A stretch of 64,000 nucleotides of DNA, taken from positions 274,915 through 338,914 of the forward strand of contig JACOXU010000001.1 in the NCBI GenBank assembly GCA_016182185.1, written 5' to 3'. Positions 10,957 through 21,006 of the stretch are shown here, piece after piece (the stretch's first letter is position 1; each line of letters starts with the position of its first letter). Source of the DNA: Candidatus Levyibacteriota bacterium (GTDB taxonomy: Bacteria > Patescibacteriota > Microgenomatia > Levybacterales > UBA12049). The translations under genes and the position numbers were made by a program. The notes beneath the pieces were generated by a model, which ran no database searches, was not told the DNA's origin, and saw only the letters and a program-made list of their open reading frames with translations.

Positions 10957-13328
10957 TATTTTTTAATCTTATGTAAAACAACAGCTAAAAATGAAAATAA
11001 CATTAAACCCAATAAGGTTGATGCTAGTCCAAGCTTGAATGATAATGGTTCGTATTTAAAGGTTACCATATGATTACCCCCCGGAACAACCACGGCTCGG
11101 AAAGAGTAATTAGCTCGATAAATTTTAGTTTTTTGATTATCTATATAAGCATTCCAACCAGGATAGAAATTATCTGAGAGAAAAAGAATAGAATTATTGT
11201 TAGTTTTTGTTTTAACTGAAATTAAATTTGGAGAGTATAAATTAATCTCAGAAGTTCCCTGAAAATCTTCAACCGAACTAAAATTAATTGGATTTTCTTC
11301 TAAAATTACTATTTTGGAAAGGTCTATATTTGGATCAAAAAGAGTATTTAAAATTTCTTGCGGCTTTTCTTTTTTTTCGAATTTCCCTACCAAAAAAGTC
11401 CTTGGCAAAGCAAGTTTATTTCTATATAGCAAAAATTTACCGTCGGACCATATTCTGTTTAAATTACTTCCAACATTATCCTCCTTAGGTTTTAAATCCC
11501 TATCTATTATGTAAGCCACAGAAAGAAGAGATAGTAATCTGTTTCTATAATGATCGCTCTCAATTGTCTCCATGTTCTCGGCAAAAGGGAGTTTGGCATC
11601 TGCCCTTGGTATCTCTTGTGAATATTTTCCTTTATTTGTTCCTGCAAAGAGCAATTCACCATATCTACTGATATAAAAGGAGTCATAACCCTCAGGAGAA
11701 TAAAGATTATAATAAGTTAAAAGATTGGATTCGACATAAGATTTTCCAACACTCCATACCCTACTAACACCGGCTACTCTTTTGGCTTGTTCCAGGATAG
11801 GCAAATTGGGAAAAACAAACTCTCTATCTGAAAAGTACAAATATTTATTTGCAAAGTATAAACTTCCAAAAAGCGAAATTATAATCATGAAATAGGCAAC
11901 ATGATTTGTGATTTTTTTAAAAAAGGCACTAATTAAAATAATAATTATTGACACTAGATAGAAAATAGAAGGAAGAATGAGATTCCTGAAACTTCGAGTC
12001 GCAAACTCACCGGAAGGATCGATAATTCTTTTATAAAAAACAAATCCCCAGGCAGCGATAAAAACAGAAGTTAAAATTAGAATTACTAACATAAAACTTT
12101 TTTTTGATATTTTTTGGGTTAAAAAATAATTTAGACCAAAAGCAGAAAGTACCGAAATCGAAAAAGTACTGATCAAAAAAATTCTTGATGGAATAATAGC
12201 TGATAAAAAGGGCATTTTTGAATAATAAAGCAAGAACCAGCTCGTTGGGAGAGACAGCCCTAAGGATAGCGTTACCAAAAAAACAATTCTAAAAAAAATT
12301 GAATATTTATGAGTTTTCGTCAGTAATGCAAATAAGCCGAAGATTAATCCTGGAATGCCAATATAGAGAACCCTTTCGTAAAAAAATCCTCCCCCAAAAT
12401 AATTATGGACTCCCGGATTCCCAAAAAAATCTGAAGAAATAAAAGTAACTAGTCTGTTTAAGGGGAGAAGGTATAAATCGAAAATAAATTTAGCATCAGT
12501 TGTTCCCCTGGCTGAGTAAATATATGCTTCAAGACTTGGGATTAAATGAATCCCTGCAATCAACAAAGAGATCAAAAATCCTGACAGAATCCAGACTAAT
12601 TTTTTAAAAGTAATTTCCTTTTTAACAAATAGATAAAATAACCAAAGAAAGGAAAAAAGAAATACATATAGACTCGTCTGAAACCAACCTGACAATATCG
12701 ACAAGGTTAATCCGGCAATTAAAATTGAAAAAGAAAAAGCTGAAAGTTTTTTTCTAAAGTTTAATATTGCAAATAGTACGATCGGAAGAAACACTGCCGA
12801 GTAAGTACTCATCAAAGACTCTTCCCACCACGCAATCATGAATCCTGAGAAAGTAAAAACAGTTGCCCCAAAAAAACTAGCTTTTTTATCCAAGGATAAT
12901 TCTTTCAAGAAAAGATACATAAAAACTCCTGTAGTAAGAGGTGTTAAGATAATAATTATTGACCACGCGTCAATTTGAGGCAAAAAAAGAAATAAAAAAC
13001 TTAAGGGATGGAAAGCTGCTGACTGATATGTAGCAAGGAGAGTATTTCCCGAAAAATAATAAGGATTCCAAAGAGGCAATGTAAAATTTTTTATTTGATC
13101 TGTGGTTATTTTTCTTAAAGGATAGAAAATTCTCAAATTATCAAATCCAATGGGCTTGCTGGGAGGACCAGACACATATCCCTTCCACTTATAGGAAGAA
13201 AAAGGTTCATAATAGGAGACAAGAAGATTGCCTGGAATAGGTACTTTTTTTTCAAAAAAATAAGGTTTAAAGAAAAGAAAAGTTAAAGTTATAAAAATAA
13301 GAATAACGAAAAGAATATCTTTCCTCAT
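10956..13328 (-). CDS. YfhO-family GT-C membrane protein
   Basis: PLWNPYYFSGNTLLATYQSA; C-terminal FYPGWNAYID..IYRANYSFRAV. Start moved to ATG 13328, which forms a TAATG overlap with the upstream stop. Confidence 0.85.
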   Translation of the reverse strand: MRKDILFVILIFITLTFLFFKPYFFEKKVPIPGNLLVSYYEPFSSYKWKGYVSGPPSKPIGFDNLRIFYPLRKITTDQIKNFTLPLWNPYYFSGNTLLATYQSAAFHPLSFLFLFLPQIDAWSIIIILTPLTTGVFMYLFLKELSLDKKASFFGATVFTFSGFMIAWWEESLMSTYSAVFLPIVLFAILNFRKKLSAFSFSILIAGLTLSILSGWFQTSLYVFLFSFLWLFYLFVKKEITFKKLVWILSGFLISLLIAGIHLIPSLEAYIYSARGTTDAKFIFDLYLLPLNRLVTFISSDFFGNPGVHNYFGGGFFYERVLYIGIPGLIFGLFALLTKTHKYSIFFRIVFLVTLSLGLSLPTSWFLLYYSKMPFLSAIIPSRIFLISTFSISVLSAFGLNYFLTQKISKKSFMLVILILTSVFIAAWGFVFYKRIIDPSGEFATRSFRNLILPSIFYLVSIIIILISAFFKKITNHVAYFMIIISLFGSLYFANKYLYFSDREFVFPNLPILEQAKRVAGVSRVWSVGKSYVESNLLTYYNLYSPEGYDSFYISRYGELLFAGTNKGKYSQEIPRADAKLPFAENMETIESDHYRNRLLSLLSVAYIIDRDLKPKEDNVGSNLNRIWSDGKFLLYRNKLALPRTFLVGKFEKKEKPQEILNTLFDPNIDLSKIVILEENPINFSSVEDFQGTSEINLYSPNLISVKTKTNNNSILFLSDNFYPGWNAYIDNQKTKIYRANYSFRAVVVPGGNHMVTFKYEPLSFKLGLASTLLGLMLFSFLAVVLHKIKK

Positions 13329-14038
13329 TATTGGGTAAAGCGGTATTTTAAAAGAGTCCAAAGAGCAATTGTTCCATCTCTTACAGTATTTAGTTTTTTC
13401 CCCTCACCATAACCCCTTGGTTTAGTTTCTATAGGTATCTCCAAAATTTTATAATCTTTTTTAAGTAATTTTGCCGTAATTTCTGGCTCAAAATCGAAGC
13501 GGCGAGAATTAAGTTTTATATTTTCTAAAGCTTTTTTGGGAAAAAGTTTATAACAGGTTTCCATGTCTGTAATCCACTGACCGTATAAAACGCTTGTAAT
13601 AAGACTTAAAAATCTATTACCAAAATAGTGAAGGAGAAAAAGTGGGCTTTTTTCGTCCTTTGTCAGATTAGGTAACCGGTTAAGTCGTGTGCCATACACG
13701 ACCTTTGCCATTTTTTTTTGAATAGGGATAAAAAGTTTCTTAATATCATTGGGATCATATTCAAGGTCTGCATCTTGAATCACTATATAATCCCCTGAAG
13801 AGTTTTCGATTCCTGTTCGAACCGCAGTGCCTTTTCCTAAATTTTTTTTATGATGAATAATCTTAAGACCCGATATATTAAAGCCTGAAAGTTTTGCTGC
13901 TGTTTTATCAGTTGATCCATCATCAACGACAACAATTTCTTTTTCAGCGTTCGGAATCTTAAGTTTTGTAACTTTTTCAAGAATCTTAGATATTGTCTTT
14001 TCTTCATTAAAGACTGGTATTACAATAGATAATTTCAT
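13328..14038 (-). CDS. GT2, polyprenol-phosphate glycosyltransferase (DPM1-like)
   Basis: 236 aa; SIVIPVFNEE, VDDGSTD, QDADLEYDP, TDMETCYK, FDFEPE. Confidence 0.88.
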   Translation of the reverse strand: MKLSIVIPVFNEEKTISKILEKVTKLKIPNAEKEIVVVDDGSTDKTAAKLSGFNISGLKIIHHKKNLGKGTAVRTGIENSSGDYIVIQDADLEYDPNDIKKLFIPIQKKMAKVVYGTRLNRLPNLTKDEKSPLFLLHYFGNRFLSLITSVLYGQWITDMETCYKLFPKKALENIKLNSRRFDFEPEITAKLLKKDYKILEIPIETKPRGYGEGKKLNTVRDGTIALWTLLKYRFTQ

Positions 14039-14079
14039 AAATTAATCAGCTCGCAATGGCTTTAAGCTAAATCAACGGG

Positions 14080-15009
14080 TCATTCAATAAATTCTGTAAT
14101 TTCTCTATCGGTTTTGCTAAATAATTTTTGAGCCCTGAAACTTGATTTTATAATTTTTGGAAATAAAATTAAAGCCCTAAAAAAACCTAGAAAAAAAGCT
14201 GAGTCTAATCTCAATATTGCCATGATCAAATGATAAGGTAGCCACAATATATGAAGTATTTGTAAATCAAAATCTGTCGCATTTTCCCATACGAAAATAA
14301 ATTGATTTCTGTATGATACTACTTTTATTTCATAATCTGAATATTTACTCTTTATTGATCCTTTTTCATGCTCGTGAACAACGATACTTTTAGGTTCAAA
14401 TTGTATTTTGTATCCTGATTTAAGAGCCCTATAGGAAAGATCAATGTCCTCCCAGTAAAAAGGTGAATAAAGTTCATTAAATCCTGAAAGTTTATCCCAA
14501 ATAAATTTTCTAAATGACCCGCTTCCGCCGCTTACCCAAAGAGTGTCATTTTTACCTACTTCTCCTCTTTGATGGACTAGAAACCCTTTCTGCCATCTGC
14601 CTATGCCTCTACCCCGAAGCACTGCTTTACTCTTCTCAATACTTTTATCCATACAACCTACTGCAAAAATCCTTTCATCATCAAAATGCTCTATCAATGG
14701 CTCAAGAAAATTCTTTTCAGGAGCAACATCCGTATTTAATAGTACTAAAATATCCCCACTTGCATCTTCTACCCCACGATTTACACTTCTTGCAAATCCC
14801 AAATTCCTTTCATTCTTAATTAGTTTGAGGTTTGAGATTTGAGGTTTGAGATTTGAGACTGTTGATATACTTTCATCAGTTGATGCATCATCAACTATTA
14901 TTATTTCCACATCCCCATGATAAAACTTTGCAGCCTCTATAACCCTTGGTAAATTTTTTTTTAGAAGAACTTCTCCATTATAATTTGGAATAATAATACT
15001 TAGATTCAT
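14080..15009 (-). CDS. GT2 family glycosyltransferase (rhamnosyltransferase-like)
   Basis: 309 aa; IIIPNYNG, VDDASTD, NLGFA, LLNTD, YWEDIDLSYRA. Confidence 0.88.
   Translation of the reverse strand: MNLSIIIPNYNGEVLLKKNLPRVIEAAKFYHGDVEIIIVDDASTDESISTVSNLKPQISNLKLIKNERNLGFARSVNRGVEDASGDILVLLNTDVAPEKNFLEPLIEHFDDERIFAVGCMDKSIEKSKAVLRGRGIGRWQKGFLVHQRGEVGKNDTLWVSGGSGSFRKFIWDKLSGFNELYSPFYWEDIDLSYRALKSGYKIQFEPKSIVVHEHEKGSIKSKYSDYEIKVVSYRNQFIFVWENATDFDLQILHILWLPYHLIMAILRLDSAFFLGFFRALILFPKIIKSSFRAQKLFSKTDREITEFIE
14824..14858. repeat. Heptamer tandem array (TTTGAGR)x5 inside CDS
   Basis: TTTGAGG TTTGAGA TTTGAGG TTTGAGA TTTGAGA; encodes SNLKPQISNLK. Confidence 0.9.
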
Positions 15010-17285
15010 AATAAAGAATTAGAAAAAACTACCTCGTGTTTTCCCTCTTCAATCACAATGCCTCTAAAATCGAAGTTTGTGAGATATATCTTGGTAGATA
15101 CACCATCAATCTCCGCACGCCAAGTTGGATAAAAACTATCAGTCAAAACCAGGAATCCTTTATTCTCATTTTCTGTATTGATAATAATTTTATTAGAACG
15201 ATATTCAACAATATTTACTTTTCCGTTTTTATTACCAACCTGTGAATCTTCAAAGTTTTCAACTATTGCTGTTTTGAAGGGATCGAAATCGGATCTAAAT
15301 ATCTCATTAATTGCCTCTGTTTTACCAGCAACATTTTTCACTTCATTGACAAAAAAAGCTCGAGGTAGTACATTTTTATTTTCATAAACTCTTGCTTCTC
15401 CTTCCTGAAAAACTTTAACTAAAGCACCTGATTTAAGATCAGCCAAACTTAGAATATATTTAACTCCCAAAAGATCTATAATTTTCGAAGAATAATTATA
15501 CGGAGTAATAATTCTATTGAAGCCAAACGGAGGTTTGATGTTCGGCACTCCTCTTTTTGATGCAGTAATTAATTCAGCATATCTGCGTAAATATAAAGGG
15601 TCATAACCTTCTATGCTCTGGATTTTATATATTATCGAAAAGTTAGGAGGCAAAATTCTTGAATCCGTACTCATAACTCTAAAATTATCATTTTTTTCTT
15701 GAAGGAAGGACAAAATTTTCGTTTGTGGAAATAAATAATCTTTTTTTGTAAAAGGCGTGAATTTCCAGCCGGCTCTAAACAAATCAAAAATAGTTATGGA
15801 TAATACTAGAACGGAAAAAACAAGAAAAACATTTTTGTTTTTTTTATGAAAAAAAATATAAAAAAATATTGATAAACTAGACAAAAGAAAAATTAGAGTC
15901 GGTAAGACAATATTTCTTTTTGCAACGAGTAAGTTATCAATAATTAAATTTTTATCGATGTTTCTTCCGTAATAAACAAATAACCAAAGACAAATTAATA
16001 TTATCAAAATAAATATGATCGGATGGAAAATTTCCTTCTTATTTTTCATTTTCAAGAAGTAGTCAAAACCAAATGAAGCAAGAACTGCCAAAGAAAAATC
16101 AGTCAGAAATAGCAATCGCGTAGGTTGGGTTGTATTTATAAAAGGAATGTTTAGAATAAAAGGAATTTTCGCAAATATTGTTGGGAGTGCAAGAATAAGT
16201 GAGAGAAAAAATATTGTACCAAAAAATAGAGTTTTCCTATCGCGACGAAAGAAAAGAGAATACAGGGAAAAAATAAGCGGAAAGACACCGATATAACCTA
16301 AAAATTCTCCATAATTCCATTCTCCCCAGTAATTAAGCGTCGTAGGGTTTCCAAAAAAATCAGGAGCAATAAATTGAATTAAATTCTGCCAGGGAATAAA
16401 CCAACCGGGGTTTTGCCATGGAATTTGATCAACGCTTCGCGCTGAAAATAAAATAAATTGAAAGAGCGGATACCACTGAACGAAAGTTAATATAAAAAAT
16501 AAAAGATAAAAAATCAAAAAAATAAACAAAATTTTTTTTATTCTACCGTACTGAGCCCATCTTACAATTAAGTACACCGTAGAAGTAATAAATAAATAGA
16601 AGAATGTTTGCAAATGTCCCGCAAAGAATGCTGATGTCAGAGAAAGTACGAATATTAAACCCCAAATTAAAAAATTTTTATTTTTGATACTTAATACTGA
16701 ATACTTAATACTGAATACTATTTTATCCGTCGCTAATAATATAAGGGGTAGCCAAAGAGCGGTATGCAGGATTGTGTTCCATTCCATCCAAGCAATCGAA
16801 AATCCGGAAAATGAGAATGTAATCGAACCTATTATACCTGCCCATCTATTTAATTTAAAATTATTTAGATATAAAAATAAAAATATTCCAGCTAAAAGAG
16901 GCTGGAGAATAATTAGAATACTCCAAGAGAAATTAAATGGGAGTATAAAAAATAATAAATTTAACGGATAAAGTGCTGCCGATTGGTGATTTGCCAAAAG
17001 CGGTGTTCCTGCAAAATTATACGGATTCCATAATGGCAGCTCTAAGTTCTTCTCAAGATTAATTGCTAAATACCTCCATGGGTATTGCTGCCTCACTGGA
17101 TCCGTAATCAGGAAATTTTTAAATGGCACTCCTCGAGGAAATTCTTTTGAGTATAAATCGCGGAATGGATGATAAAGCCCTACAATTGTGTCGGATGGAA
17201 TAGGATACAAACTTTTAAAAATAAATTGCCAAAAAAATGTAAAAGCAATAAAAATTATAAAAAATATTGGTAATAATCTTTTCAC
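15006..17285 (-). CDS. YfhO-family GT-C membrane protein
   Basis: 759 aa; PLWNPYNFAGTPLLANHQSA, PDFFGNP, EGYDP, FYPTW. Confidence 0.85.
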   Translation of the reverse strand: MKRLLPIFFIIFIAFTFFWQFIFKSLYPIPSDTIVGLYHPFRDLYSKEFPRGVPFKNFLITDPVRQQYPWRYLAINLEKNLELPLWNPYNFAGTPLLANHQSAALYPLNLLFFILPFNFSWSILIILQPLLAGIFLFLYLNNFKLNRWAGIIGSITFSFSGFSIAWMEWNTILHTALWLPLILLATDKIVFSIKYSVLSIKNKNFLIWGLIFVLSLTSAFFAGHLQTFFYLFITSTVYLIVRWAQYGRIKKILFIFLIFYLLFFILTFVQWYPLFQFILFSARSVDQIPWQNPGWFIPWQNLIQFIAPDFFGNPTTLNYWGEWNYGEFLGYIGVFPLIFSLYSLFFRRDRKTLFFGTIFFLSLILALPTIFAKIPFILNIPFINTTQPTRLLFLTDFSLAVLASFGFDYFLKMKNKKEIFHPIIFILIILICLWLFVYYGRNIDKNLIIDNLLVAKRNIVLPTLIFLLSSLSIFFYIFFHKKNKNVFLVFSVLVLSITIFDLFRAGWKFTPFTKKDYLFPQTKILSFLQEKNDNFRVMSTDSRILPPNFSIIYKIQSIEGYDPLYLRRYAELITASKRGVPNIKPPFGFNRIITPYNYSSKIIDLLGVKYILSLADLKSGALVKVFQEGEARVYENKNVLPRAFFVNEVKNVAGKTEAINEIFRSDFDPFKTAIVENFEDSQVGNKNGKVNIVEYRSNKIIINTENENKGFLVLTDSFYPTWRAEIDGVSTKIYLTNFDFRGIVIEEGKHEVVFSNSLL
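16686..16720. repeat. Heptamer tandem array (AATACTK)x5 inside CDS, reverse orientation
   Basis: GATACTT AATACTG AATACTT AATACTG AATACTA; encodes VFSIKYSVLSI. Confidence 0.88.
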
Positions 17286-18349
17286 AATTCAAGAATATGC
17301 CTAAGATCAGAGCAAAATCTATCTCCTCCGAAAAAATTTGCCCTTTTTATTGCCTCTTTAGACATCTTACTCCACAAATCTTGATCTTCGGTTAATATTT
17401 TGGTCTTATCTATCAATTCTTCCAGCGTATTCCAGAGGAATCCATTTTTTTTATCCTCTACTATTTCTTTTTGACCACCAGCATTTATCACAACGGGAAC
17501 ATTTCCTGCGCCCATTGCCTCAACTGTCGATATACCGAAGTGCTCAGCGTATTCAGGATGCCTTAACAAATCTTCACCAAGCCCTGAAGCATGCCAATAA
17601 ATCTTGGCTTTTGAATATATATTCCAAAGATGATCGTTTGTATTATTGATTGAAAACTCAATCGGAAAATTTTCCGTTCGTTTTTTAAATTCATTAAAAA
17701 TTTTTTCTTCGTTCTTCTTAACACTTACTGCAAGCACAAATTTCCAATTAAGAAGCCCTCTCTTAATCATTTCTTTAAAAGCTTCAATCATTACACCTTG
17801 CTTTTTATAATCATCCGCATTTACGTTTCGCACCCTAAATCTTCCTACATGAAGAATAATATTTTCCTTGTTGTCTTTCGTAGGTCTTAGGCTAACAGGA
17901 GGATACAGAATCGAACTATCAATATTCAAAGATCTATCAATGTAAGATTTTGTATATTTTGAATTACAAAAAAATTTGGTTATTTTTTTAATTTTAAATT
18001 TATCTTTAAAATTTAATCGGAGTTCTGAAATTGGCTGCTGAAAATGAATAAATGTTTTTTTTGATAGAGTTATGGGAATACTCCCATCGCTGAGTAAAAT
18101 GATTACATCGTATTTCTTAGTTATAAGAAGTCTCCGAAAAGTACTTACTTTTGGTGAAAATATGTTTTTTGCAAAATTTATTCGTGATAAATTAAACGAA
18201 AATCTTCTTTTAAGCTCTTCTACATCATTATTATTGTCCCAGAATACATCCACGTTATGATTGGAGGCCAAACACTGGGCTACCGTCATCATGTACTTCT
18301 CTCCACCGCCTAAATCATCAAAGTATGGATCAAAAATTCCAATCTTCAT
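17282..18349 (-). CDS. GT4 (GT-B) glycosyltransferase
   Basis: 355 aa; GGGEK N-terminus, HVGRF, EHFGISTVEAMGAG (EX7E). Confidence 0.9.
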   Translation of the reverse strand: MKIGIFDPYFDDLGGGEKYMMTVAQCLASNHNVDVFWDNNNDVEELKRRFSFNLSRINFAKNIFSPKVSTFRRLLITKKYDVIILLSDGSIPITLSKKTFIHFQQPISELRLNFKDKFKIKKITKFFCNSKYTKSYIDRSLNIDSSILYPPVSLRPTKDNKENIILHVGRFRVRNVNADDYKKQGVMIEAFKEMIKRGLLNWKFVLAVSVKKNEEKIFNEFKKRTENFPIEFSINNTNDHLWNIYSKAKIYWHASGLGEDLLRHPEYAEHFGISTVEAMGAGNVPVVINAGGQKEIVEDKKNGFLWNTLEELIDKTKILTEDQDLWSKMSKEAIKRANFFGGDRFCSDLRHILEL

Positions 18350-18412
18350 GAGTTAATTCTACCAACTTTTATACTCCTTGCAAAGTTATTTGAGCTATGA
18401 TATCGTCAGAAT

Positions 18413-18664
18413 ATGAATTATTTTGATTCGCTTAATCAGATTTCACCCCTTGCTCTCTTTGCAGTATTCCTCTGGTCACTCTTGTGGAAAGGCGTTGCCT
18501 TGTGGAGAGCTGTAAAAAATGATCAAAGAAATTGGTTTATTGCAATCCTTGTTATCAATTCAATTGGAATACTCGAAATTACTTACCTTTTTGGATTCGC
18601 GAAAAAAAAGATGAAATTAGAAGAACTTAAATTTTGGGAATTACTTCAAAAATCTTCTTCTTGA
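18413..18664 (+). CDS. Small two-TM membrane protein (DUF5652-like)
   Basis: 83 aa; WSLLWKGVALWRA...WFIAILVINSIGILEI.Y; the only plus-strand gene in the GT locus. Confidence 0.7.
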   Translation: MNYFDSLNQISPLALFAVFLWSLLWKGVALWRAVKNDQRNWFIAILVINSIGILEITYLFGFAKKKMKLEELKFWELLQKSSS

Positions 18665-21004
18665 TAATACTGTACTTACTATAGTAATTAATATTAAACC
18701 CGTAAAAAAACTATATATTCCAACTCTAAAACTTAGCGGATTATAGGTAAATTCAACAGTGTGTTTTCCCTTTGATACAGGAACTGCCCTAAAGATATAA
18801 TCTGCCCTATAGACTTCTGATTTTCTTCCGTCAACGTAAGCCTCCCAACCCTTGTAATAAACGTCAGATAAAAACAGCAGGCCATCGTCATTTGTGTCAA
18901 CCGATATTTTTATCTTATTTGGAGTATAACTTATAATTTCTGCATTACCAATCTCTCCTTCAGACTGCTGAATACTTGGATTTTTCTCAAGAATAATTTC
19001 GTTTCTTAAATTAAAATTGTCGCTAAACATAGTACTTAAAATTTTTTGATCGTCCTGAATAACTCTGTACTTTCCAACCATAAATACTCTTGGAAATACC
19101 TCTTTATTTTCAAAAAATTTATAGTGTTTATCAGCGTAAACCAATTTAAATCTATCTTGAGGGTATTTCCAGACTGGAAATGTCCAACCCATATTGTCAT
19201 CAGAAATTTTATGAATGATATATTTTATTCCCAATAAATTAATAGAATCGGATGTGGATTTTCCATCTCTTGAGAAAATAACTACTGATGCCCATAATTC
19301 ATCTCTTAATCCCGCATTTATAAATGAAATAAACTCTCCATATCTTTTTATATAAACTGCATCATAACCCTCAATAGACGGAACTTTATAGTAAACCAAG
19401 GCCTCGGCTCCAAGATTTCCCAAGACCCTTTCATAGCCCGAAATTCTTTTAAACTCCTGCGTTGTTTTCGTATCTGGAAAAACTAAATGTTTTGGATCAA
19501 ATGCTTGCCATTTTATGGCAAAACGAAGCATGTCAAAAGAAACAATAAAAAGAAAAAATAAAGATAAAAATGAAAGTATTAATCCTTTATTGTCTTTAGT
19601 CTTTTTAAGATATAAAACGGAAAAAAGAACAGATATAGATACCAGAATAAAAAGCCCTGTCGGAAGAATTAAATTTTGCCGTGCCACCACCAGCCTGTCT
19701 TGGGGGATGTATATCCTGAAAACAACTATCAACCAAAGTAATGAAAAAACAACAGTAAAAGATCCTATCCAAATTAAAATTTTTTTAATCTTATATTTTT
19801 TTATATCAACTAATAGTTCCTCTAATCCAAATGCTGCAAGAATTGCGAATAAAAAACTATAAACTACGATAATTCTGCTTGCGGCACTTGTTGATAAAAC
19901 TGGAATATGAAGATTTACCAGAAAAGTTAATAAGGGTGTGTTAAAAGCCAAAAGTAAAATAAAAATACCAAATATGAATAAAAAAAATGTTTGAACTTTT
20001 TTTTTACTTGTTAATCCATAAATAGAGAGGATTAAAGGCAAAACTCCAATATAACCATTCCACTCAGCATAGTGGCCAAACCAATCATTCCTAGTTATTG
20101 GGTTACCAAAAAAATCAGGTGCAATAAAAGTTGCAATATATTCCCAAGGAATTATCTCTCCTACCCTGAATAGTCCACTCCTGAAAGTTTGAAAATATAA
20201 TTCTATAGAAGGAAAAAGTTGGGGTGATGACAATAATACTCCTAAAAAAGTGTAAGATATTAAATACAGTGCATGATAGATATTTTTACTAACAATTGAT
20301 TTGTAAAAAATATAAATTACAACTGTCAGCAAGAAATATAAACTCATTTGAAAATGGCCACTAAAAAATGATAAAGGAATTGTAATGCTTAAAAGTGCAA
20401 GGAATATAATTTTCTTTTCCTTAATATAATTTTCTATGGCAAATATAGCCAGAGGTAAAAATAAAATTGCGTAAGCAAGTGTTCCATATCCCATCCAAAC
20501 TGTAATAAACCCGCAAAACATAAAAGAAATCGATGAGATCAGGCCTATTAACTTACTAAAATTAAAAGCTCTAATGAGCAAATACATAAATAACCCTGCC
20601 AGTAGAGGTTGAAGAAGTATTAAAATACTCCATGCATCAATAAAGGGCAAGATAAAAAATAAAAAGTTAAATGGAGAAAAAACAGCAGACTGGTAATTTG
20701 CAAGATGAGGCGTTCCTGAAAAACTGTATGGATTCCAAAGAGGAACTTGTCCGCTCTTCAAAGTATCGATAGTAAAATATTTCCAAGGATAAATTTGCGT
20801 AATAACGTCTGGCATTGCACCATTTTTGACTGGCCCCCAGAATTCTGGATATGCGCTCCAAGGCGCAAAATTATTTACTTGATAAGTCGAAGTAAACGGA
20901 ACTCTGTTTTGCAAAAAATACGGACTTGCAAATATAAACCAGATTATTACGAGAACTAACAATGGCCAAGTTTTTAGCAAAAATTTTTGAATTTTAAATT
21001 TCAC
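18641..21004 (-). CDS. YfhO-family GT-C membrane protein
   Basis: 787 aa, GTG start; PLWNPYSFSGTPHLANYQSA, PDFFGNP, YYKGWEAYVDG. Confidence 0.85.
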   Translation of the reverse strand: MKFKIQKFLLKTWPLLVLVIIWFIFASPYFLQNRVPFTSTYQVNNFAPWSAYPEFWGPVKNGAMPDVITQIYPWKYFTIDTLKSGQVPLWNPYSFSGTPHLANYQSAVFSPFNFLFFILPFIDAWSILILLQPLLAGLFMYLLIRAFNFSKLIGLISSISFMFCGFITVWMGYGTLAYAILFLPLAIFAIENYIKEKKIIFLALLSITIPLSFFSGHFQMSLYFLLTVVIYIFYKSIVSKNIYHALYLISYTFLGVLLSSPQLFPSIELYFQTFRSGLFRVGEIIPWEYIATFIAPDFFGNPITRNDWFGHYAEWNGYIGVLPLILSIYGLTSKKKVQTFFLFIFGIFILLLAFNTPLLTFLVNLHIPVLSTSAASRIIVVYSFLFAILAAFGLEELLVDIKKYKIKKILIWIGSFTVVFSLLWLIVVFRIYIPQDRLVVARQNLILPTGLFILVSISVLFSVLYLKKTKDNKGLILSFLSLFFLFIVSFDMLRFAIKWQAFDPKHLVFPDTKTTQEFKRISGYERVLGNLGAEALVYYKVPSIEGYDAVYIKRYGEFISFINAGLRDELWASVVIFSRDGKSTSDSINLLGIKYIIHKISDDNMGWTFPVWKYPQDRFKLVYADKHYKFFENKEVFPRVFMVGKYRVIQDDQKILSTMFSDNFNLRNEIILEKNPSIQQSEGEIGNAEIISYTPNKIKISVDTNDDGLLFLSDVYYKGWEAYVDGRKSEVYRADYIFRAVPVSKGKHTVEFTYNPLSFRVGIYSFFTGLILITIVSTVLSRRRFLK

Positions 21005-21006
21005 TT

